NCBI GenBank assembly: GCA_964016885.1
Contig: OZ024761.1
Coordinates: 13,888,001-13,952,000 of the forward strand
DNA: 64,000 nucleotides
Source: Eledone cirrhosa
Taxonomy: Eukaryota
Reading direction: 5' to 3'
This document shows, piece by piece, positions 26,413 through 40,615 of the stretch; position 1 is the stretch's first letter; every line of letters begins with the position of its first letter. The translations under genes were made by a program, and so were the position numbers. The notes under the pieces are model-generated. The model had not been told where the DNA came from, ran no database searches, and was given only the letters and a program-made list of their open reading frames with translations.

Positions 26413-27517
26413 GCACACGCACACGCACGCGCGCGCGTGTATATACTTACATATATACATGCACACACACATATATATATATATGTGTGTGTGTATACTT
26501 ATGTACATATATACATACACATATACACTTAAATATATATTTATATATACTTATATGAATATGTACATACTTATCTACATAGATGCATATACACATATAT
26601 ATATATATATATATATATACACACGCACACTTAACATGCATATGTATTTACATATGCAAACAGATATATATATATATGTATGTATGTAAGTAATGTACAA
26701 TATATACATATATACATACACACACATATTTATATATATATATATATATATATATAACCCATGCTAGCGTGGAAAATGGACGTTAAACGAAGATGATGGT
26801 GATGATGATATGTATATATATATATATACACATATATATACATACATACACACATACATGTATTTACTTATAACAAATGTCTCTGCCATGTTTGTGTGAT
26901 GTAGCAGCTGAGACATGAAAATAAAACCAACATGGATGGGGGTGGGGACGGCAGTGGTGGTGTTTTGGATGTTGTTATTGTTGTTGTTGTTGGTGAAGAA
27001 GATGATTGTGTTGGTGTTGGCACTGGTGTTTGTGTTGGCGGTAAATGGTGTTGCTGTTGGTGGTGGGGGTCGGGTTTGGTGTTGAGGGTGCTGATGGTGT
27101 TGAGGATGGTAGTGGTGGTGTTGGTGGTGGTGGGGGTGGTGACAATGGTGGTAGCAATGTTGATGTTAGTGGTGGTGGTAGTGTTGTTGTTGTTGTTGGT
27201 GGTGGTGGCGATGATTTTGGCTCAGCTGTATATTTTTGGAAAACTCTTCTCTCTTCACACAGATTACACAACATCTTAGCTTGACTGATCCCTACCCCCT
27301 GCTCCACTACACCACACACTTCTTAGCTTGACTGACCACTTCACTGCCAGTCCTCCATGCCGAACAACACCCATCCATCGGCCACCCATCGGTTACCCAT
27401 TGGTCACTCATTGGTCACCCACTTGTCTACCAAAAGCTTTTGTTTACAAATTATGATATATGTATAACGAGAAAAAAAATATAAAAAAATACATAACTAT
27501 TAGATATGACTTGTAAC

Positions 27518-28083
27518 CAGGGGCCGTGTTTGCCTTAAAAATATGAGGGGGGACAAACCAACATTTGTTGAGTCATAAAGGAGCATAAATTGCTTCATCA
27601 TCATCATTTTACGTCCACTTTTCCCTACTTGCAAGGGTGGGACAGGAACTGATTCTGGCTTGATTTTTACAGCTGGATGCCCTTCCTAACACCAACCTCA
27701 TTTACAGTGAGGGCTGGGTGCTTGTTTGGCCGTGGCACCTCCACAACCACTTTGCAGTGGAATGATAGGGACCCCAGTCCCTATCATCTCATTTCTACAG
27801 CTGAGTAAACTGGAGCAATGTGAAATAAAGTGTCTTGCTCAAGGAAACAACACATCACCCGGTCTGAGAATTGAACTCACAACCTTTCAATTGCTCTAAC
27901 CACTAAGCCATGTGCCTCCGTCATTACGCTAATTAAATTTTATATTTTCAAATGAAGTTCAGATATAAAAAAATAAGCTTAAAAAGAATTTATATCAAAT
28001 AAACAAAAAATAAAAATAAAATATAGACGTTTGAAAAATTGGGGGGATTTGTCCCCTGGTACCCCCCTGAAACAAGGCCCTTG
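27518..28083. mobile_element. hAT-like MITE with nested SINE
   Basis: TIRs CAGGGGCCGTGTTT / AAACAAGGCCCTTG; 8-bp flanks cttgtaac / gttgtaac; subterminal ggggacaaa / tttgtcccc. Confidence 0.55.
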
Positions 28084-28454
28084 GTTGTAACCATAGTTTG
28101 AGTGGAATGGAGTTTGATTCTTCATAATGGCTGCAGGCAGAAGCATAACTAGAGTATGACAAGCATGGCACGTGCCATGGGTGTCACATGAAAGGGACCC
28201 CACTTGGACTAGGAGCATGTTCTATTAAAGCCAAATAAGCCTCGTTGGAGAGTGAAAAGAGAAACTCCTTCACATGTATGATCTGTCTCTGATTATCCTG
28301 GGTGAGAAACACTACGGTGGCTGGATCATTAAACCATTTATATAAATTATTAGGCTTCCATAGATAAAAATACAGTGCTGGGCAGGGGAGCAATTCTCCT
28401 GTTTACCATAGGCGCTATTTTCTCTAGTTATGCCTTGGCGCCACACAGTAATAC

Positions 28455-28898
28455 AGTAATACAGGCCTTGCTGATGTACAAAGCGAAACCTACAGTCAGT
28501 AGGCACCTCTTAACCAAATATACACCCCAATCCACTACCCTTACTCCATCCGCCCACTCCCACCAACACCACCAACTCTCTCTGTAAAGTTGGTACCACA
28601 ACATCCAGTCCTAAATAAATGAGATAATGAGATCGAGATTGTGTAGGTGTCACGACAAAAACACACAGTCCACGCTGTAATGTGGCCGTGTAGGTAACAT
28701 GGTAAAAAGTTCCCAGTTCCACACTGTAAATGTGGTTGGTGTTGGGAAGGGCATCCAGCCGCAGAAAACCTGCCAGATAGTCCTATATGAGCGAGACACG
28801 GTCACCCGACCAATCTTGCCTCAAATTGGGACAACTCCCATCTAACCCATGCTAGCATGGAAGATGGACATTAAACGATGATGATGATGATTATGATG
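28455..28898 (+). mobile_element. RTE LINE 3' UTR fragment
   Basis: Matches 35727-36160 and 3180-3530. Confidence 0.8.
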
Positions 28899-29015
28899 CC
28901 TCTGGCTGCTGGCCACTTTTTTCCGGCTATGGCGGTTTTTCCCCCTGTTTTGTTTAAGATGTTATTTATAGTGAAATACTGAGGTTACAGTTATTTCCTG
29001 CCTTTGGGAGTTCTA

Positions 29016-29815
29016 CAGGGTGGTCCGAAAGTCTTGTCACGCACTACCAAAAAGTAATGAGAAACATTTTATGTTCCCATAGCAGTATCGTCCTCTTTGG
29101 AGGAGCTGGTTTGCCGAATCTTGCAGTGAAGTCATGTCGCACATCCTCCATGCTTTTGCCAGAATGCACACGATCATGTGTCCATACACTTGCAAGCAGC
29201 CTCTCTCCCAAACTGTAGGAGCTATGAAATAGCAAATTATATTATTGTTATTATATATTATATCATTAAAACAAAAAATAATGGTGTCTTATATAGGCAC
29301 AAGGCCAGCAAGTTTGGGGAGGGGAAAGTCGATTAAATTGACCCCAGTGAGTGACTGGTACTTTATTTTATCTACCCCATAAGGATGAAAGGCAAAGTTA
29401 ACCTTGACGGGATTTTGAGCTCAGATCATAAAGGGCCGTAATTCTATGCTGCAAAGCATGGTGCCCGACCCTCTACAGATACTGCCAATCCACCACCCTA
29501 GCATGGTGCCCGACCCTCTACCGATACTGCCAATCCACCGCCCATTAAAACAAAAAAATAATTGTTTCTACTTTTGGCACAAGGCCAGCAATTATCCCAG
29601 TACATTACTGGTACTTTATTTTATCGACCCCCGTAAGGATGAAAGGCAAAGTTAACCTTGGCGGGATTTGAACTCAGATCATAAAGGGATGTAACTCTAT
29701 GCTTCAAAGCATGGCATCTGACTCTCTACCGATACTGCCAATCCACCCCCGTAAAAAAATAATGAAAATTAAAACAATATGTGACAAGAGATGACAAGAC
29801 TTTCAGACCACCCTG
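29016..29815 (-). mobile_element. Internally deleted Tc1/mariner-superfamily DNA transposon with two nested SINEs
   Basis: TA|CAGGGTGGTCCGAAAGTCTTGTCA...TGACAAGACTTTCAGACCACCCTG|TA. A minus-strand remnant VRHDFTARFGKPAPPKRTILLWEHK resembles a transposase N-terminal HTH. Confidence 0.85.
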
Positions 29816-30532
29816 TACATTTTCTAAGAATATCAATCTACTCAACACTCTGATAGCCTATTTTTGAAACTATTAGATAGAAATGAAGGACAACTTAGTC
29901 GCTTCGGCCACAAACCTTGGTACCATGGCTTGATATGCAGAGGAAAGGAAGACAAACAATTACCGGGGATTGTCCAGTTGCTTCCTCTTCAGACTGGCCA
30001 CCATCTAGATTCAGGCATACTTGGACCCCGTACTGCCGAGCTCCTCCGCAAGATCAGAACATCGGTGGCCTGTCTGAGGAAGGAGCTCGGCGAGGTGGGG
30101 CGGCCATTTTATTTTTATATTTTCTTATTTTACATTCCAGTCTTTCTTCTCAATCTAATTTTTTTAATCTCTTTTTCTATTAAATTATATTTACCTGATA
30201 TAATTTTACATATAATAAATACATAGAGGTGGTTGAATTGGTGACATGACAAACCCCAGTCCACCCTGTAAGGTGATCATGCTGGCGACACAAAAAGAAA
30301 CTCAGTTCACCTTGTGTGGGCTGGATGCTTTTTGTTGTGTCACCATCATGACCACTTCGTCAGCAGGATGTTGACATGTCTCTTGAAGGCATCTACATAC
30401 ACACCATGTAGATCTCTCAAAGTTTTTGGCAACTTATTTAAAAGTTGGGGTCCCTTGAACCCCAGGCTATCGTAGTATGAGGTTCTTATTCTTATTGCAA
30501 CAGATGGGACCTTTGGCACTACACAGTAGCGT

Positions 30533-32278
30533 CTTAATGAAAAACACTATGTCATTAACCCTTTCATTACCATATTTCTAATGAAAGACACTACCTATGT
30601 CCTTCACCCTTTCATTACCATATTTCTAATAAAAGACACTGTCTATGTCATTAACCCTTTCATTACCATATTTCTAATAAAAGACACTGTCTATGTCATT
30701 AACCCTTTCATTACCATATTTCTAATGAAAGACACAGTCTATGTCATTAACCCTTTCATTACCATATTTCTAATGAAAGACACTGTCTATGTCATTCACC
30801 CTTTCATTACCATATTTCTAATAAAAGACACTGTCTATGTCATTAACCCTTTCATTACCATATTTCTAATAAAAGACACTGTCTATGTCATTAACCCTTT
30901 CATTACCATATTTCTAATGAAAGACACTACCTATGTCATTAACCCTTTCATTACCATATTTCTAATGAAAGACACTGTCTATGTCATTAACCCTTTCATT
31001 ACCATATTTCTAATGAAAGACACTACCTATGTCATTAACCTTTTCATTTATATATTTCTAATGAAAGACACTGTCTATGTCATTAACCCTTTCATTACCA
31101 TATTACTAATGAAAGACACTGTCTATGTCATTAACCCTTTCATTACCATATTTCTAATGAAAGACACTGTCTATGTCATTAACCCTTTCATTACCATATT
31201 TCTAATAAAAGACACTGTCTATGTCATTAACCCTTTCATTACCATATTTCTAATGAAAGACACTACCTATGTCATTAACCCTTTCATTACCATATTTCTA
31301 ATGAAAGACACTGTCTATGTCATTAACCCTTTCATTACCATATTTCTAATGAAAGACACTACCTATGTCATTAACCTTTTCATTTATATATTTCTAATGA
31401 AAGACACTGTCTATGTCATTAACCCTTTCATTACCATATTACTAATGAAAGACACTGTCTATGTCATTAACCCTTTCATTACCATATTTCTAATGAAAGA
31501 CACTGTCTATGTCATTAACCCTTTCATTACCATATTTCTAATGAAAGACACTGCCTATGTCATTAACCCTTTCATTACCATATTTCTAATGAAAGACACT
31601 GTCTATGTCATTAACCCTTTCATTACCATATTTCTAATGAAAGACACTACCTATGTGATTAACACTTTCATTACCATATTTCTAATGAAAGACACTGCCT
31701 ATGTCATTAACCCTTTCATTACCACATTTCTAATGAAAGACACTGTCTATGTCATTAACACTTTCATTACCATATTTCTAATGAAAGACACTACCTATGT
31801 CATTAACCCTTTCATTACCATATTACTAATGAAAGACACTACCTATGTCATTAACCCTTTCATTACCATATTTCTAATGAAAGACACTGTCTATGTCATT
31901 AACCCTTTCATTACCATATTTCTAATGAAAGACAATGCCTATGTCATTAGCCCTTTCATTACCATATTTCTCATGAAAGACACTGCCTATGTCATTAACC
32001 CTTTCATTACCATATTTCTAATGAAAGACACTGTCTATGTCATTAACACTTTCATTACCATATTTCTAATGAAAGACACTACCTATGTCATTAACCCTTT
32101 CATTACCATATTTCTAATGAAAGACACTGTCTATGTCATTAATCCTTTCATTACCATATTTCTAATGAAAGACACTGCCTATGTCATTAACCCTTTCATT
32201 ACCATATTTCTAATGAAAGACACTGTCTATGTCATTAACACTTTCATTACCATATTTCTAATGAAAGACACTACCTAT
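30533..32278. repeat. 48-bp minisatellite (~36 copies) derived from a MITE terminus
   Basis: Unit ttaaccctttcattaccatatttctaatgaaagacactgtctatgtca. Confidence 0.96.
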
Positions 32279-32930
32279 CATTTTCAAATAGTTTTGAATC
32301 AAGAATTTGAAGGGATTTGGTGAAATAACTAACTTTCTTGCTTTTAAGTTGTTTGGAGCATAACTTAAAGTGTTTATATAAAATTATGATGTAATGTTTT
32401 TAGATAAATCTAAACACTTTAAAACAAACAGTTTTGTATTCTAGAAGCAGGGGCAGTTTCGGATTGTTTCAGGCAGTTTCGAGTAGTTTGCTACAAAGAG
32501 GGTTAACTATGCCATTAAAAGTGGCATGTTGTGTAGCTACAGTGCTGCATAACAGCCAGTGGAGTCCATGTTGTGTGTGTGTGGACGTAAATGTGTTTAC
32601 ATATGTATGTGTACACATGTGTGTAGCATGTGTGTACACGTACCATATTGTTACCATATTTTTACATATACAGTGTACACTCGACATTTTTGGTCCTGGT
32701 TATTCGTGGAATTTACATCAGAACATCATCATCATCATGACCGTTTTACGTCCGTTCTGCCACGCTAGCATGGGTTAGACGGGTTGTCCTCTTGTGGGCA
32801 GTGTCCGGCCGGCTGACCTTGTCTTGCTCATACGGGAACTGATTCTGGCTTGATTTCTACAGCTGGATACCCTTCCTAACACCAACCTCATTTACAGTGA
32901 ATGCTGGGTGCTTTTTTTTTCCGTGGCGCC

Positions 32931-34127
32931 TATTCTAACATATACCATATTCTTACCATATTCTAACATATACCATTTTCTTACCATATTTTAACATATA
33001 CCATATTCTTACCATATTCTAACATATACCATATTCTTACCATATTCTAACATATACCATTTTCTTACCATATTTTAACATATACCATATTGTTACCATA
33101 TTCTAACATATACCATATTCTTACAATATTTTAACATATACCATATTCTTACAATATTTTAACATATACCATATTCTTACCATATTCTAACATATACCAT
33201 ATTCTTACCATATTCTAACATATACCATATTCTTACCATATTCTAACATATACCATATTCTTACCATATTCTAACATATACCATATTCTTACCATATTCT
33301 AACATATACCATATTCTACCATATTCTAACATATACCATATTCTTACAATATTTTAACATATACCATATTCTTACAATATTTTAACATATACCATATTCT
33401 TACCATATTCTAACATATACCATATTCTTACCATATTCTAACATATACCATATTCTTACCATATTCTAACATATACCATATTCTTACCATATTCTAACAT
33501 ATACCATATTGTTACCATATTTTAACATATACCATATTCTTACCATATTTTAACATATACCATATTCTTACAATATTCTAACATATACCATATTGTTACC
33601 ATATTCTAACATATACCATATTCTTACAATATTCTAACATATACCATATTCTTACAATATTTTAACATATGCCATATTCTTACCATATTCTAACATATAC
33701 CATATTGTTACCATATTCTAACATATACCATATTCTTACAATATTTTAACATATGCCATATTCTTACCATATTCTAACATATACCATATTGTTACCATAT
33801 TCTAACATATACCATATTCTTACAATATTTTAACATATGCCATATTCTTACCATATTCTAACATATACCATATTGTTACCATATTCTAACATATACCATA
33901 TTCTTACCATATTTTAACATATACCATATTGTTACCATATTCTAACATATACCATATTCTTACAATATTCTAACATATACCATATTCTTACCATATTCTA
34001 ACATATACCATATTCTTACCATATTTTAACATATACCATATTCTTACCATATATCATATTTTAACATTCACCATATTCTCACATATACCACATTCTTACC
34101 ATATTCTCACATATACTTACCATATTG
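32931..34127. repeat. 28-bp minisatellite
   Basis: Unit accatattctaacatataccatattctt. Confidence 0.96.
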
Positions 34128-34178
34128 TCAAGTCAATACAGTGTAGCTAATGGAGTGTTGTTTTTCCCAACTTTACAG

Positions 34179-34262
34179 GCAGTCAGTGACGATGATGAGG
34201 CCGAAGAAGTGGCTGTCCAGGTTGAGACCGGAGGGGGATTTATGGAGGAATTTTTCGAACAG
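34179..34262 (+). CDS. STX1A: Syntaxin-1 internal coding exon (equivalent to coding exon 2)
   Basis: Polypyrimidine tract and acceptor (tttttcccaactttacag), 84 nt in phase 0/0, donor gttagt. It translates to AVSDDDEAEEVAVQVETGGGFMEEFFEQ, matching the syntaxin-1 N-terminus (FMD/EEFFEQ start of the Ha helix) and the conserved exon boundary after FFEQ. The ORF track lists only a different frame here. No other exon was recognised. Confidence 0.93.
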
Positions 34263-34307
34263 GTTAGTTTCATTTCATCTTAAAACTGTTTCTTTTTATT
34301 CACTTTT

Positions 34308-34309
34308 TC

Positions 34310-34380
<71 letters not shown>

Positions 34381-34790
34381 GTCTCTCTCTGTCTCTCTGT
34401 CTGTCTGTCTCTCTGTCTGTCTCTCTGTCTCTCTGTCTGTCTGTCACTGCCTGTCTCTCTCTGTCTGTCTCTCTCTGTCTGTCTGTCTCTCTGTCTGTCT
34501 CTCTGTCTCTCTGTCTGTCTGTCACTGCCTGTCTCTCTCTGTCTGTCTCTCTCTGTCTGTCTCTCTGTCTCTCTCTGTCTGTCTCTCTCTGTCTGTCTCT
34601 CTGTCTCTCTGCCTGTCTCAGTCTGTCTGTCTCTCTCTCTGTCTCTCTCTCTCTCTCTCTGTCTGTCTCTCACTCTCTCTGTCTCTCTCTCTGTCTCTCT
34701 CTCTGTCTCTGTCTCTCTCTCTCTGTCTCTCTCTCTGTCTCTCTCTCTGTCTCTGTCTCTCTCTCTCTGTCTGTCTCTCTCTCTCTCTCT
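34308..34790. repeat. (CTGT)n/(CT)n microsatellite
   Basis: Directly visible. Confidence 0.95.
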
Positions 34791-35365
34791 ATTGTAAAAA
34801 AAAAAAGCTAAATTTTTAAATGGCAAAACAAACTATTGGCCACTATGCATATGTATATATGTATGTGTGTGTATATATATATATGTGTATATAAATATAT
34901 ATGTGTGTGTGTGTGTGTGTACATGTATGTGTGTATGTATGCATGTGTATGTCTTTGTGTGTATATGTATATATATGTATGTATGTATATGTGTGTACAT
35001 GTATATATGTATGTGAATGTGTATATGTGTGTATGTATATATATATTCCAAACCCATGCAAGCGTGGAACATGGACGTTAAACGATGATGATGATGATGA
35101 TGATATATGTGTGTACATGTATGTGTGTGTGTATGTATGTATATGTGTGCATGTGTATGTATATGTATCTATATGTGTTTATATGTATATGTATGTGTGT
35201 GTGTATGTGTATCTGTATCTGTATGAATATGTGTGCATGTGTATGTGTGTATATGTGTGTGTATGTATGTGTACATGTATATTTATGTGTATGTATATAT
35301 ATATATATGTGTGTGGGTGTATGTGTATATATGTGTATATATATTTGTCTATATGTATATTTATG

Positions 35366-35398
<33 letters not shown>

Positions 35399-35435
35399 AT
35401 GTGTATATATATGTGTGTATATGTATATTTGTGTG

Positions 35436-35478
<43 letters not shown>

Positions 35479-35519
35479 ATGTGTATATATATGTGTGTAT
35501 ATGTATATTTGTGTGTATG

Positions 35520-35554
<35 letters not shown>

Positions 35555-35601
35555 ATGTGTATATATGTGTGTATATGTATATTTATGTGTGTATGTATAT
35601 A

Positions 35602-36162
35602 TAAAGTGCAGGGCAATCAAAATAGACAGAAGTTATGGAGTAGGCAGACCCAGAAAAACCTGGGACGACTTGATAAATTCCGACCTCTCCAAGACAATGT
35701 CACTGGACCGAGATCTTTGGCGCTACGCAGTAATACAGAAGACCCGCCTTGCCTAAGTACAAAGCGAAACCTACAGTCAGTAGGCACCTCTTAACCAAAT
35801 ATATACCCCATCCCACTACCCCTACCCCCACCCCCATCTGCACCACCCCTTTCAATGTAAAGTTATGTTGGTACCACAACATCCAGTCCTAAATAAATGA
35901 GGTTGTGTAGGTGTCACAACAAAAAAAAACACACGCAGTCCACGCTGTAATGTGGCCGTGTAGGTAACACGGTAAAAACCTCCCAGTCCACACTGTAAAC
36001 GTGGTTGGTGTTAGGAAGGGCATCCAGCCGTAGAAAACCCGCCAGACAGTCCTATACGAGCGAGAAGACCAATCTTGCCTCAAGTGGGACAATTCCCGTC
36101 TAAACCCATGCTCGTGTGGCAGATAGACGTTAAACGATGATGATGATAATGATGATGATGAT
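35602..36162 (+). mobile_element. RTE LINE 3' fragment
   Basis: GVGRPRKTW and DRDLWR motifs, 3' UTR and (GAT)n tail. Confidence 0.85.
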
Positions 36163-36409
36163 AGTGTGTGTGTATATATATATGTATGTGTGAATATACA
36201 TAACAGTACATAATAAGCAAGACGAGGTCCTTTCCAACCTGTCTTGGCTTGAACTAGGGCAACACATCCAACCCATGCCAGTATGGTAAGCCACTGGATG
36301 ATGATGATGATGATGATGTCATTGGTAGTACCGATATGTACTTAATAGTTTATATGGTGAATGTCATGGCAAATGTCCTCAAAATAGTTTAGTGGACTTT
36401 GACTATTCT

Positions 36410-38407
36410 TGTAGGTGGTGGTGGTGGTGGTGGGGAGAGTAGGTATTGGTGTGGTAGGGGGAGTGTTGGTGTGGTGGTGGAGGGGTGTGGTGGTGGTGGC
36501 AGGGGTGTTGGTGGAGGGTGTGTAGTGGTGGTTGAGGGGTGTGGTGGTGGTGGTGGAGGGGTGTGGTGGTGGTGGTGGCAGGAGTGTTGGTGGAGGGTGT
36601 GTAGTGGAGTGGTGTGGTGGTGGTGGTGGAGGGGTGTGGTGGCAGGAGTGTTGGTGGAGGGTGTGTGGTGGTGTGGTGGTGGTGGTGGAGTGTAGGTGTG
36701 GTGGTGGTGGTGAAGTGTAGGTGTGGTGGTGGTGGGGAGTGTAGGTGTGGTGGTGAAGTGTGGTGGTGGTGGTGAAGTGTAGGCGTGGTGGTGGTGGGGA
36801 GTGTAGGTGTGGTGGTGGTGGAGGGGATGTTGGAGATGTAGTGGAGATGTAGTGGAGGTGGTGGAGGGGATGTTGGTGATGTAGTGGTGGTGGTGTAGTG
36901 GTGGTGGAGGAAGTGTCAGTATGGTGGAAGTGGAGGGGTGTGGTGGTCATAAAATCTGTATCTCAAGCTATCAGTTGTACATTGACCAATAGGTGGTAGG
37001 TGACCTGCTAGAAATAATAGCTAAATCAATCTTATTCAATAATGTTGTCTGCAATATTCTGTCTGTGGAGAAAATAATGCAATTACACACACATATGTAC
37101 ATATATATATACATACACATACATATATATATATATACACATACACACATACACACACATATGTACACACATACACAAACATATGTACATATATATATAC
37201 ACACACATACACACACACACATATGTACATATATATACATACACATACATGTACATATATATATATATATACACACATACGCAAACATGTACATATATAT
37301 ATATATACACACATACGCAAACATTTGTACATATATATATACGCACATACACACGTATGTACATATATATACACATACACACACGTATGTACATATATAT
37401 ACACACATACACATACATGTACACATATATATATACACACATACGCAAACATATGTACATATATATACACACATACACAAACATATGTACATATATATAT
37501 ATACACACACATACACACACACACATATGTACATATATTTTATACACACATACGCAAACATATGTACATATATATACACACATACACAAACATATGTACA
37601 TACATATATACATACACACATACATATATACACATCAACACACACATACATATATACACAACACACATATATGTATACACCACAACACACACATACATAT
37701 ATACACCACAACACACACATACATATATACACCACAACACACACATACATATATACACATCAACACACATATATGTATACATACACACACATATATACAC
37801 ATCAACACACACATATATGTATACACATCAACACACACACACATATATACACATACATACACATATGTATACACATCAACACACACACACACATATATAC
37901 ACATCAACACACACATACATATATACACATCAACACACACATACATATATACACATCAACACACACATACATATATACACATCAACACACACATACATAT
38001 ATACATACACACATACATATATATACACATCAATGCACACATATATGTATACACATAAACACACATACATATATACAGACACACATACGTATATACACAT
38101 CAACACACATATATGTATACACATCAACACACATACATATATACACATCAACACACACATACATATATACACATCAACACACATACATATATACACATCA
38201 ACACACACATACATATATACACATCAACACACACATACATGTATACACATACATATATACACATACACACACAATACATTGTAAATCTGTTTTAATCCAG
38301 GAATTGAACAGAAATATTCAACTTGTTGATTATCTCTGGATTATCTTGATATTTAAGACTACTACTACTACTACTACTACTACTTTTACTACTACTACTA
38401 CTTTTAC

Positions 38408-38438
<31 letters not shown>

Positions 38439-38440
38439 TT
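36410..38440. repeat. (GGT)n-rich tract (36410-36950), (CA/TA)-rich tract (37085-38275) and (ACT)n
   Basis: Directly visible low-complexity sequence. Confidence 0.9.
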
Positions 38441-38584
38441 TTAAATATCTTTTCCTCAGTCTTCTTCTTTCTCCTCCCCCTCATTCTCCTCCTTCCCCCT
38501 TCTCTTCCTTCTCTCCCCCATTCTCCTCTTCCCCCCATTCGCCCCCTTCTCCTCTTCTCCTCCTCTCCCCCCTCTTTACCCACT

Positions 38585-38697
38585 TATTCCTGGTACTCTT
38601 TCCAGCCACTTTCATATTTCCTCAACACATGACCCAACCATCTCATTACAGTTCTCTTCACATCATTCGTCACTGGCTCTATTCCTCTCACCCTCTT
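38585..38697 (-). mobile_element. Short LINE (RTE-like) C-terminal fragment
   Basis: Translates as VKRTVMRWLGHVLRK. Confidence 0.55.
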
Positions 38698-39225
38698 TAT
38701 ATAATGTATATTGCAAGCAGGGAAAAGCGGACGTAAAATGATGATGATGACGATATATATATAATGTACATATGTTATGTATATATATATATATATATAT
38801 GTAGATAAATCTACCAAAAGTTTACGGTAGTGTCCAATCCGTATGAAGAACTCAATGTAATCCGGATATCATGAAAAGAGAAGATGCATTCAAAAACTAC
38901 TTTCGGTGAAAAATAAACGGAAAACAGAGTCAAGATAAATTAATAAAATAATGAATAAACAAAGAAACAGTTCCTTATATTAAAAAAATTCATCATTTTA
39001 CAATCGTTTCTAGGATATATATGTGTTAGAGTTGGTATGCATATTCTATAGATCTATGTACAATATTTATACAAACTATCAGAGGGAATATACATACCTA
39101 CACATATATATGCTGTCTTCAGAAATAATGATATTTATATATATATATATAAATATATATGATATTTATATATATATATAAATTTTGGACCCATGGATTT
39201 TATATATCCCTTTGTTACATTTCGA

Positions 39226-39283
39226 ATACCTGATGATATTACCGGATTCATACGGAACCCAGTCATTGAAATGATCATAGTAT
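39226..39283 (+). ncRNA. Hammerhead-like motif
   Basis: AUAC CUGAUGA...GAAA UGAUCA UA GUAU. Stem III is palindromic and stem I intact, but stem II pairs poorly. Confidence 0.55.
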
Positions 39284-39535
39284 ATTAAACTTTTCAAGGA
39301 TTTACACCAGTCCAGCCTCCTGTTATTTTATTATAATAATTAACTCCGTACTCGCACCACCAACTACACAAACGAAGACGGGTGAACTGCTTTACGTTGA
39401 GTACTCTCCATAATATTACATCGAGATTGACCATATGGAATGACCAATTCTATCCAGTGGTGGACCAACAAACCTAAATATATATATATATATACGATAT
39501 TAATAAATGGAAACTATATTTATAAAACCATATTT

Positions 39536-39597
39536 ATTTCATTATACATATTTCAGGGATACCAAATTAAATTATGGTATGCCTTCATCAGACAAAA
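39536..39597 (-). ncRNA. Hammerhead-like motif, same family as 23205-23260
   Basis: CUGAUGA AGGCAUACCA...UGGUAUCCCU GAAA UAUGUA. Stem II is strong and stem I poor. Confidence 0.5.
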
Positions 39598-40103
39598 TAC
39601 AATATATAACAGTTTTGTCGAGTGCTTTATATCAGTTATAAAAATATTTACTTGTTGTATCCCAACAATTTTAAATAGAACTTTTGCATATATATATATA
39701 TATTTAAGTCGTTTGGAAGCCTCGACAATGCAAATGGGTAAATCTCCGGGTAACAAGGTCCGGTGGGGGAGAGAGATGTAAGTGGGTGTACATTGAGATG
39801 CGTGGTGTGTATAAGATGTGTGAGATGTGTAGAATGAAGGGAAGAGTATAAAGGATAAAAATAAAAATAACAACACAAGAGAGAGTTACCTTGGGAGAGA
39901 TTTAATAGTCCCTATATATTTCGGATTCACATCCATCAACTGGGGTTTTTTTCCGGGGTGGGGGAAAAGGTTGTCTGTCGGACAAGTCCGGAACGCGTCT
40001 TTCGCAATATATATATATATATTTATTCAGGTTTGAGGTTCACCACTGGATAGAGCTGGTCAATTCCGTATGGTCAATCGCAATGTAATAATATATATAT
40101 ATA

Positions 40104-40581
40104 ATGAAAGGCCGGTTATATGATGCCTGTGTGAGGAGCGTGATGCTGCATGGAAGTGAGACATGGGCAGCAACTGCAGAGGATATGCGACGGCTGGAGA
40201 GAAATGAGGCAAGCATGCTCCGTTGGATGTGCAGTGTAAATGTGCGTGAACGACCCACCATGGATGTGTTGAGAAAGAAACTGTGTCTGAGAGGGATAGA
40301 ATGTAGTGTGCGGGAGAGGAGACTGAGGTGGTATGGACATGTGATGCGCATGGACCGATGGGTGAAGAAGTGCCAGGAAATGCCAGTTGAAGGAAGATGT
40401 GGTAGAGGTAGACCACGGAAAACATGGGCGGAGGTGGTGAGAACAGACCTCAGATCACTGAAGCTCACGGTGGAGATGACGAGGGACCGTGACGAGTGGA
40501 GAGATGTTGTGCTGAATAAGACCCGTCCCACCCTTGCAAGCAAGGAAAAGCGGATGTAAAATAATGATAATGATGATGATG
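40104..40581 (+). mobile_element. RTE LINE 3' fragment
   Basis: 151-aa ORF nearly identical to the C-terminus of the 15533-17481 element. Confidence 0.9.
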
Positions 40582-40615
40582 TACATATGTTATGTATGTA
40601 TATATATATATATAT

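Noticed and set aside
29883-29920. ATGAAGGAC... as a possible syntaxin first exon
   Set aside because: It translates MKDNLVASAT, not the expected KDRLAAL, and has no splice donor at the expected position.
30581-32323. 580-aa ORF of 16-aa repeats
   Set aside because: It is a stop-free frame of a 48-bp transposon-derived minisatellite.
34150-34797. 215-aa ORF overlapping the syntaxin exon
   Set aside because: It is in the wrong frame and runs into a microsatellite; the real coding frame is 34179-34262.
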